This document shows, in pieces, positions 25,617 through 32,000 of a stretch of DNA of 32,000 nt. The stretch is from the NCBI RefSeq assembly GCF_000172995.2, contig NC_014729.1, positions 1,170,001-1,202,000 of the forward strand, read 5' to 3'. A program made the translations under genes and the position numbers. This DNA comes from Halogeometricum borinquense DSM 11551. GTDB lineage: Archaea; Halobacteriota; Halobacteria; Halobacteriales; Haloferacaceae. The notes under the pieces were generated by a model, which worked only from the letters and a program-made list of their open reading frames with translations, searched no databases and had not been told where the DNA came from. Every line of letters begins with the position of its first letter. Within the stretch, counting starts at the first letter, position 1.

Positions 25617-27887
25617 CTACAGCACTTGACGAACTATTGAACCAATTCGCTCGATCACTGCAGTTTCGCTTTGGTCATCTCGCGCGGCTTCACAGAGGTC
25701 GTCGAAACACTTGGCGAGTGTGGCTACGATGTCCCGAGGGAGTGCTCTTGGGTCAACGACTGGAATGTTTTTGACATCCCCTGGCTCAACTTTTGGTAAT
25801 CCGTCTGCGAGTACCCGCTGCTGCTGAGCGATTCCAGAATCACCGAACAAGTAGTTCAGGTACGCCAGTAGCGCCTTCTCGCCTTGCCGGGTTATCTCCG
25901 GGTCCGGATAGATCCCGTAGTAACTGTTCAGATGTCTGGCGTCCGTCTCATTATCTATCGCGCGGAATCCTGATCGGCCTGTCACCGTCACGAGGATCGG
26001 CGCAGTATCACCGCGCTCTACTCGGTACCAGGGATTCCGGCCGTGTACTGTTGACCTCGTCGAGAGTGTTTCGTGGTCGGTCAGGCCATGACGCAGATAC
26101 TCAATTATTGGGGGTTCTGGATCCGTGGTCAGTGAGTCTTCTGCCCAGTCGGCTGACCCAGTGTCGTCGTTATAGGTCGTCTCGGGGACTCCCGGTACCT
26201 GGTCAAGGTAGTAGAGCAGCCACGTTGGCCGCCCGTGGCTATCGTAGTCATTCCAATCCTCGGGACGGATATCATACCCATCGACGTACCGTCGGCTTGG
26301 AACGATGCGTGACAGGCACTGCGGGTCGATTCCCCAGTCATCGACTTGATCCTGTGAGAGACAGAAGAAGTCGTTCTCACCGGTCTGCAACCCCCGGTGG
26401 ACGTCTGCGAGATCCGAGAGTGGCGGTAGGTCGGACCGCTCGTCAGAGGTCGGCTCGAACAAATTATCCCATCGTTCCTCTGGATTCAGCTCCGACTGCT
26501 CAATACAGTTGATTACTCCCCAGTCCGTCTCTCCACAAGAACCATGCCGAGCTGCCTCTAGTTTCGTCTGAACGCCAGGGTCATTGTCGACGCGAATGAA
26601 CCGTGTCGCCCCGACATCGGCTTCGTCATCGGTCGCTTCAAGGAGCACGACCATACTGGTTGTCTGTGCCGTTTCGAATTTTGACTCGTTCTTTGGGTTG
26701 TCCAAAAGAAGCGCCTTGATGTCGAATTCCCGGAGCAAGAATTGCTTGAGGGGCTCACCGAAACCCCGTGAGAGGAAGTGATGAGGCGTGAGGACGGCCG
26801 CCCGATCCCCTGTGTCGAGGAACCGTCCGAGATGGTAGTAGAAGTACGCGTACAGCGGGGACGTTTTCGGGATCTCTAATTCAGTTTGGTTCTCGGCTTG
26901 CGCGTTGAGTTTGTCTTTGTACGCCGAAGAGAGTGATTCGTGGCGCGTGTAGGGCGGGTTACAGAGGATCGCGTCCACGTCTTGGGTTAAGTCCGCTGGA
27001 TCCAACTCGAAGAAATCAGTTCTACGGGTCTCGTGCCGTTGCCCGGAGATCGTCTGTGCGACTCGTCCCATAAGCGCTGCAAGTGGACTACGATCAACCC
27101 CATTAACACGGCCTGGATCAGTGCTTATCTCCCAATCCGGATGGAACGGTGCCGACAGTTCGCCAGCACCCATCCCAGGGTCAAGCACGGTGTCGTCACC
27201 GCTGACAGCCCAGGTTCGCATCAACTCTGCAAGTTCCGTCGGTGTTCGGTGCTGTCCGAGAACCCGACGATGATTTCCGGCGATCAACGTCTCGTACAGA
27301 TGTCCGATATCCGTTGCTGGCTGGGTGGACTCCAGAAGCTGATCTCGTGCTTCTGTCACGGCGATGGTCTTAGCTTCGACGCCCCAGAGGATCTCATCTA
27401 ATGCACACGCAGTAAACGCCGAGTCACCGGTTTCCTCGTAAGCGATCTTGAACTGTTCCTGCGCGTTGCCTTCGAATTCCGGGAGGCCGCCGCGTCGATG
27501 GTACCATTCGTGGAGCGTGGCCTTCAACAGGAGTCCGAACGCCGCTTGGTTAGCGATGATCGAAGGTGTCGCGTCGTCACTGGGAACGTATCCGTGGAGG
27601 CCACACCACGATTCGACTGCTGCTTGAATTTTGGGTGACGGATCCGCGATTCCGGACTCAAGATCTGCAGCAGTTGCTTCCAATTGCTCGATGAGGTCGT
27701 CGCTGTAGGCCGACTCGTTCCTCAACCCAGTACTGACGCGCTCGCCTCTCGGCGGCTCTGGTTGTGACCGAGCAAGCGGGGACGTGGCGTCGATACTGGT
27801 TACCGGGATATCTGGTTCACAATCGACAGCCGCATAGGTGCAGTTGAGATGTGTTACTCGGCGAAATCTGCCCCGTTGAGTTGTCAT
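25617..27887 (-). CDS. N6-adenine DNA methyltransferase, gamma class (Eco57I/TaqI-like architecture)
   Basis: Motif X GQHRTPTELAELM, motif I VLDPGMGAGEL and motif IV NPPY. The C-terminal target-recognition-like region carries LADVHRGLQTGENDFF and LLAYLNY. About 210 aa at the N-terminus are unassigned. Confidence 0.9.
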   Translation of the reverse strand: MTTQRGRFRRVTHLNCTYAAVDCEPDIPVTSIDATSPLARSQPEPPRGERVSTGLRNESAYSDDLIEQLEATAADLESGIADPSPKIQAAVESWCGLHGYVPSDDATPSIIANQAAFGLLLKATLHEWYHRRGGLPEFEGNAQEQFKIAYEETGDSAFTACALDEILWGVEAKTIAVTEARDQLLESTQPATDIGHLYETLIAGNHRRVLGQHRTPTELAELMRTWAVSGDDTVLDPGMGAGELSAPFHPDWEISTDPGRVNGVDRSPLAALMGRVAQTISGQRHETRRTDFFELDPADLTQDVDAILCNPPYTRHESLSSAYKDKLNAQAENQTELEIPKTSPLYAYFYYHLGRFLDTGDRAAVLTPHHFLSRGFGEPLKQFLLREFDIKALLLDNPKNESKFETAQTTSMVVLLEATDDEADVGATRFIRVDNDPGVQTKLEAARHGSCGETDWGVINCIEQSELNPEERWDNLFEPTSDERSDLPPLSDLADVHRGLQTGENDFFCLSQDQVDDWGIDPQCLSRIVPSRRYVDGYDIRPEDWNDYDSHGRPTWLLYYLDQVPGVPETTYNDDTGSADWAEDSLTTDPEPPIIEYLRHGLTDHETLSTRSTVHGRNPWYRVERGDTAPILVTVTGRSGFRAIDNETDARHLNSYYGIYPDPEITRQGEKALLAYLNYLFGDSGIAQQQRVLADGLPKVEPGDVKNIPVVDPRALPRDIVATLAKCFDDLCEAARDDQSETAVIERIGSIVRQVL

Positions 27888-27916
27888 CGGAGTGCTTCGG
27901 CTTCATGAACCACCCC

Positions 27917-27926
27917 GGTTTAAAAC
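27917..27926 (-). promoter_or_regulatory. TATA box candidate for the methyltransferase
   Basis: The minus strand reads GTTTTAAACC, 30-39 nt upstream of ATG 27887. It is flanked by two CCCCGGTTT copies (27913-27921 and 27949-27957). Confidence 0.35.
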
Positions 27927-28095
27927 TCTGCCCTCAAACCCCCGAACCCCCCGGTTTCACCACTTCTAGAGCGAAACTTGACGCGAAACCACACCACATT
28001 CGCCGACGGAGCATCCGTCCTACGCAGGGCCGCAATGAAATGTTCGGAATCGCCCAACGGTGAATCGCCATCTTCTAACATCCATATGATGGGTT

Positions 28096-28185
28096 TTCTG
28101 GACACACCCCGTGGAAATTCAGAATATACTGCTTGAGATCGGCTGTCGGCCTCAAATAATTCTGGACACCCCCCGTCCCAATTCA
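28096..28185. repeat. two 26-nt imperfect direct repeats upstream of the methyltransferase
   Basis: TTCTGGACACACCCCGTGGAAATTCA (28096-28121) and TTCTGGACACCCCCCGTCCCAATTCA (28160-28185) match at 22 of 26 positions. Their starts are 64 nt apart. Confidence 0.55.
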
Positions 28186-28381
28186 AGTGGGTGTTCTGAT
28201 AGGATACAAGTATTGAGCGTCACGCGCTTGCAGGAAGAGTAACCTGCTTTACGACCTTCAAAGCGATATTATTCCATCTCCGTATCCAACAAAGCAGTGT
28301 CTCTCATACACTTCGCTGCAGGCACGATGCGCAGTTACGCCAGTCACTTATGAGGTGCGGTGTCCGAGGCAGCCGCTGGAG

Positions 28382-28696
28382 CTACGTTTCGATCAGGTGA
28401 CCGAATTCGTCGACGACGATCTCACCGTCGATGCCGTGTTCTTCGCACCAGTCCAGCGCTGCTTCCTCGTTGAGGGGTTTGATCTCCGCACCGCCAGTCG
28501 TGCCGCCCCCGTTACACGGCTTGGCGTATTTGGTTGCTGCACCGCCCTCTCCGTGGAGGAAGTACTCTCCCCCTGAGGTCTTGTATAGCGTTTCGATGAG
28601 GTAGTAGAAGTCACCTCGATCCGTGTTTGGGGCATGTTGGGCGATCTGTTCAGCTCGATCCGTGTCGTACAGTTTCCGGTCGATGACGCGCTGCAT
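28382..28696 (-). CDS. conserved hypothetical protein (104 aa)
   Basis: Start set at ATG 28696 (MQRVIDRKLYDTDRAE...). The pattern DFYY..ETLYKTSGGEYFLHGEGGA...I.PL..EEA..W resembles a small protein family I recall from bacterial and phage mobile elements but cannot name. Confidence 0.6.
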   Translation of the reverse strand: MQRVIDRKLYDTDRAEQIAQHAPNTDRGDFYYLIETLYKTSGGEYFLHGEGGAATKYAKPCNGGGTTGGAEIKPLNEEAALDWCEEHGIDGEIVVDEFGHLIET

Positions 28697-28786
28697 TGCA
28701 AACCGGCAAAACCGCCAGTGACATTTAAAGGCTTGCCGCAGAGATCCGATTCTCGACCGATTCAGGCCCACAGACACCAGAATTCA

Positions 28787-28821
28787 GACTGACAGCATGA
28801 CTTCCCGACTGACAGCACGAC
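28787..28821. repeat. tandem 15-nt repeats GACTGACAGCA(T/C)GAC
   Basis: Copies at 28787-28801 and 28807-28821 match at 14 of 15 positions with a 20-nt period. They lie 91-125 nt upstream of ATG 28696. Confidence 0.5.
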
Positions 28822-28979
28822 CATATCGCACCTAGTGTTAGATTACCGGCTATTTGGGCGTGTGAAGTGCTGCGAACCACCCAGACTACCGCGCGCGGGC
28901 CGGCTGGCACTGACTGAATCTGCAATGATTTCTTTGTAAGTCAGGTACGGACCTTGACTCCAGCCACAAGCCGACAAAA

Positions 28980-31900
28980 CTATTCTTCTGACCTAGGACC
29001 AACGCTGAAGGAGTCCGGTGCACAGGGCAGTTGGTTGTGTTGACACCACTGGCAATGCTCGTCAGCGCTGTACCGGTTGAACGAGAATTCCGAAATACGG
29101 GTCATGGACTCCGTCACGTCGTCCGTGACTGCTTCTAGGTCAGCATCGCTGAACGTCCGCGTTTCGACTTTCGGCCCGATTTCGCCAACGTACGCGTACC
29201 CAGCGCGCGTCACTGGCTCGTCGTACAGGTCACAGCACGCCAACAGATAGATCGGGAGTTGCTTATCGTCCTCCAGGTCTCGGTGGCGCTCGGTGGCCTT
29301 GTAGTCGATGACGAGGAGCCCATCGTCCGGCGTCCGGTAGACTGCGTCAATATAGCCGACGAGTTCGTGCCCATCAATATCGAGTTCGAACTCCCGCTCC
29401 GCGTCGATGATCTCGCAATTGGGGAGCTCTAACTCGAAGTACCGGTCGATGCACTCCTTCGCCGCCGTGAGTGCATCTTCAGCGCGGCGGTGACTGGCGA
29501 GACGCTCGCAGATCTCGTACCAGTCCCCACGGCGTTTCACGCCTTGCTTCGCGGCTTGTTCTGCGGTGTCGTGGAACAGCAATCCGATTTCACGTTGTGA
29601 TACACCGCCCCCGGAATCGCTTCTGACTGTGGTCTCCTGATAGTCGGGGAATGCGTTGACCACGTAGTCCAGGTAGTGACTCCGTGGGCATTCTTCGTAG
29701 GCAGCCAGTGACGTGTAGCTGTGCGAAAGCGATGGTGACGGTGTCGACGGGTCGGTCAGCGACGCAACCTGGAGTGTCTCCCGCTCAGCTCTCGGGGAGA
29801 GCTCTCCGTTGAGGGTGGCTGTTGCAAGGTCTAGCACGCGGTCGCGCGCCGCCGCGACTGCGAGTTCTTCCCCGGCGTGATTGACGGTCCCGCCAACGTG
29901 CCCGACTGTCTCGGTGGCCAGTGTGTCCGTCCAGTCTACCGCCTCTCTCGGGAGACAGTCTTGAACGTCGGCCCAGAGGGGGAGCTGTCCTCGCTCCGGT
30001 TGCCATGGGATTCGGGACGGGAGAATTTCGTCAACGGATTCTGAAACGGGGTGTACGTCCGTAGCATCGTCGTCTTCGCTGCCGCCCTGGAGGACGAGGA
30101 CATCTTCGGCGCGCGTGATGCCGACGTGGAACACGCGACGGGTTTCACGGGCGTCACGCTCGACGAAGTCCTCGGCAAACGCCGCCTCTGCGCCGTCTGA
30201 AAGGCTGGTTTCGAGCGCGTCGTAGGTGCGTGAACTCGGTGCCCACTCGCCCGCTGTGACTTGCGGGATGAGGACGACTGGGAAGTCAAGGCCCTTGCTC
30301 TTGTGGATAGTCATCACGTTGACCGCGTCGTCGGCGACATCCGGCTGACTCGTCGGGGACGAGCCGCTCTCGTCGAACAGAGAGTCGTAGTGTTCGAGCG
30401 AGTCGATGAACTCCGGGGTGAGCGGTGGTTGAACAGCGCTGTCTCCGTACTGTTCGATGACATCCTCCAGCTGGGCGAGATCCCGACGTTCCTGCTCGCT
30501 GAGATACCACTCGATATTCGTGACGTCTGTGAGCTCGCGGTACAGATGACTGAGCGACGCTGAATCTCGGATAGCGAGGAGTTCCGTGACGTGTTTACGG
30601 GCCTCCGCGACGCGGTCTGGCTCCTCGAACTCGTCGAGTGGCGTCTCGCGGAGCGTGTCCACGAGCGGGTCATCGCCCGCGTTGAGCTTGCGGAGGTCTG
30701 TATCGCAGAGCCGGTACCGCATCAGGAGGACGCGATTCCAGCTCACCTCGTCTTCGGGGCGTGCGAGTGCCTTTAGGTAGGCGGTCACGGTGCCGACACC
30801 AACGGATTCCGTGGCCAGATCCCCTGCAACCTGGTACGGGATGCCAGCGTCTTCGAATTCCTCGATGACTGGTGTCGCGTGGTCGTTTTTCCGGACGAGT
30901 AACGCGATGTCGCCCGGGTCGTACGCCTCATCGAAACTCTCTGCTGCCCCGCTCAGCAAGTTCTGCACGACGGTACGAAGCTGAGAAGCACCGTCCGCAT
31001 CGTCCTCATCCGACAGCTCGACGGTAGCGATGGTGTCCCCATCGTACTCGGGTTCGTCGACGCGCTTCAGTGTCTTGTGACGTTCCCGGTGATCGAGTTT
31101 CTGAATCGCCTCGTTCGCCAAGTCCAGGATCGGCTGCCGAGAGCGGAAATTCTCCTCTAAGGGTTCGTCGGAGAGTGCCGCGAATGCGCGGTCGAGTTCA
31201 TCAGTGATGTTGGCGACGTGCGCGCCGCGCCACTCGTAGATCGCCTGATCGTCGTCACCCACGACGAACAGGTTGTCGTCAGTGACGAGTGACTTGACGA
31301 GGTCGAACTGCAGGCGGTCGGTGTCCTGAAACTCGTCACAGAACACGTAGTCCCACCGAGCAGCGATTTCCTCCCCGACCGGCGACTCCATCAGCTCGGC
31401 CGCCTCTACAACTAGACCGTCGAAGTCGATGAGATTCCGCTCATCGAGTTCCCGCTCGTACGCGGCGTATCCGGCCGTCAGGTCACGGGCCGTCAGACAG
31501 TCCGAGAGGAACGAGTCGAGATGATCCGTGAGCTCAAGATCAAGGTCACCAGGGATTCCTTTCGGCGCACCGTTCGCGTACCCACCGAGTAGATACTTCG
31601 GGAGCTTGTACGCGTTGTCCGGCAGGTCCCGGTCGCCCGCCTCGTGGGCTTCAAACGCCGCTTCTAGCGCATCGCAAAGATCCACCAAGCGGTCGAGGAA
31701 ATCGCGTACACTGGCCTCCATTCCGTCCATCCCCAACACATCACGTTCTTCAACGAGGTCAGCACGGACGTCTGGGAGCGAGTCCAGCACGCTCGACACG
31801 GACCGGCCGCCCAGATGGTCACTGGCAATCGCCTCGACGCGCTCCGAGAGGTCGGCGAGTTCGTAGACACGGTCAGCAGGACCGAGGAACGCGTCGATAT

Positions 31901-32000
31901 CGTCGGGCGTGATGCCGCTGCGTTTCATCGATCCGATGAAGTTGAGCAACTTCGATGCGGCCCCTGACGCGTACCCATCAGAGCCGTACACGTTGGGTTT
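28980..32000 (-). CDS. UvrD/REP-type SF1 helicase fused to a Cas4/AddB-like Fe-S PD-(D/E)XK nuclease, 5'-partial
   Basis: Helicase motifs are II DEFQD, III VGDDDQAIYEWRGA, IV NFRSRQ, V TIHKSKGLDFPVV and VI VGITRAED. The C-terminal nuclease carries GYIDAV, VIDYK and QLPIY, with Cys768 plus C980-x2-C983-x6-C990 in track numbering. The Walker A motif is absent, and the frame is open to the window edge (the track start at 31991 is a GTG). Confidence 0.9.
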   Translation of the reverse strand, partial: KPNVYGSDGYASGAASKLLNFIGSMKRSGITPDDIDAFLGPADRVYELADLSERVEAIASDHLGGRSVSSVLDSLPDVRADLVEERDVLGMDGMEASVRDFLDRLVDLCDALEAAFEAHEAGDRDLPDNAYKLPKYLLGGYANGAPKGIPGDLDLELTDHLDSFLSDCLTARDLTAGYAAYERELDERNLIDFDGLVVEAAELMESPVGEEIAARWDYVFCDEFQDTDRLQFDLVKSLVTDDNLFVVGDDDQAIYEWRGAHVANITDELDRAFAALSDEPLEENFRSRQPILDLANEAIQKLDHRERHKTLKRVDEPEYDGDTIATVELSDEDDADGASQLRTVVQNLLSGAAESFDEAYDPGDIALLVRKNDHATPVIEEFEDAGIPYQVAGDLATESVGVGTVTAYLKALARPEDEVSWNRVLLMRYRLCDTDLRKLNAGDDPLVDTLRETPLDEFEEPDRVAEARKHVTELLAIRDSASLSHLYRELTDVTNIEWYLSEQERRDLAQLEDVIEQYGDSAVQPPLTPEFIDSLEHYDSLFDESGSSPTSQPDVADDAVNVMTIHKSKGLDFPVVLIPQVTAGEWAPSSRTYDALETSLSDGAEAAFAEDFVERDARETRRVFHVGITRAEDVLVLQGGSEDDDATDVHPVSESVDEILPSRIPWQPERGQLPLWADVQDCLPREAVDWTDTLATETVGHVGGTVNHAGEELAVAAARDRVLDLATATLNGELSPRAERETLQVASLTDPSTPSPSLSHSYTSLAAYEECPRSHYLDYVVNAFPDYQETTVRSDSGGGVSQREIGLLFHDTAEQAAKQGVKRRGDWYEICERLASHRRAEDALTAAKECIDRYFELELPNCEIIDAEREFELDIDGHELVGYIDAVYRTPDDGLLVIDYKATERHRDLEDDKQLPIYLLACCDLYDEPVTRAGYAYVGEIGPKVETRTFSDADLEAVTDDVTESMTRISEFSFNRYSADEHCQWCQHNQLPCAPDSFSVGPRSEE

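Larger units (their letters stand above)
22499..32000. mobile_element. tRNA-Glu-adjacent integrated element (left part only; right end beyond window)
   Basis: The region starts directly 3' of a tRNA and carries two tyrosine integrases. Composition is visibly AT-richer (27 G+C in the 60 nt 25361-25420 by my count). The cargo is a DNA methyltransferase and a helicase-nuclease. No attR copy of the tRNA 3' end was found inside the window. Confidence 0.6.

Noticed and set aside
28096-28185. Interpretation of the 26-nt repeats (and GGGTTCCAGTTGAGTCC at about 25384) as ORB replication-origin elements
   Set aside because: Only one copy contains a partial GTGGAAA core, and the C-string is on the wrong side relative to canonical ORBs. 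There is no inverted pair around an AT-rich DUE and no adjacent orc1/cdc6 gene in the window.
27920-28186. 88-aa minus-strand ORF (and 27851..28063 on the plus strand) between the small gene and the methyltransferase
   Set aside because: It starts at a TTG and spans the promoter-like and repeat-containing spacer. Its composition is not halophile-like and no motif is present.
22499-32000. attR, a second copy of the tRNA-Glu 3' end, inside the window
   Set aside because: Visual scanning of the inter-integrase spacer, of 25171-25616, and of the other intergenic spacers found no match to GGTTCAAATCCCCTACCGAGC. The right end presumably lies beyond 32000. A by-eye search can miss short or degenerate copies.

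Overview
This is a high-GC sequence encoding a strongly acidic proteome, typical of a haloarchaeal (class Halobacteria) chromosome. Bases 1 to about 22,400 look like ordinary core genome. They carry a livHMGF-type branched-chain amino-acid ABC transporter operon with no binding-protein gene in view, a GNAT acetyltransferase and tRNA-Thr. Next come a DICT-like protein, a HalOD1 protein and a P-loop kinase, then an all-plus-strand G-run tract in a convergent intergenic region. A secreted coiled-coil/low-complexity protein sits next to a membrane-anchored winged-helix regulator, followed by several tiny genes. An aberrant tRNA-like element is preceded by about 550 nt of ORF-free, hairpin-rich DNA. 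The rest of the core region holds a UbiA prenyltransferase, the sdhCDBA succinate dehydrogenase operon, an M14/AstE-type deacylase divergent from a RimK ATP-grasp ligase fused to a retropepsin-like domain, an AlkA-type glycosylase and a fused 3-hydroxyacyl-CoA dehydrogenase/enoyl-CoA hydratase. At tRNA-Glu(UUC) (22424-22498) the character changes. Two paralogous tyrosine integrases converge on each other, followed by an AT-richer spacer with phased GTAC repeats. Then come three co-oriented genes: a 756-aa N6-adenine DNA methyltransferase, a 104-aa conserved hypothetical protein, and a >=1003-aa UvrD-type helicase fused to a Cas4/AddB-like Fe-S PD-(D/E)XK nuclease that runs off the window. I read this as a tRNA-integrated mobile element. 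Its methyltransferase plus helicase-nuclease module is the best candidate for an undescribed defence-type system, though a plasmid or provirus maintenance role cannot be excluded from the sequence alone. All family assignments rest on motif recognition by eye. No database search was possible.
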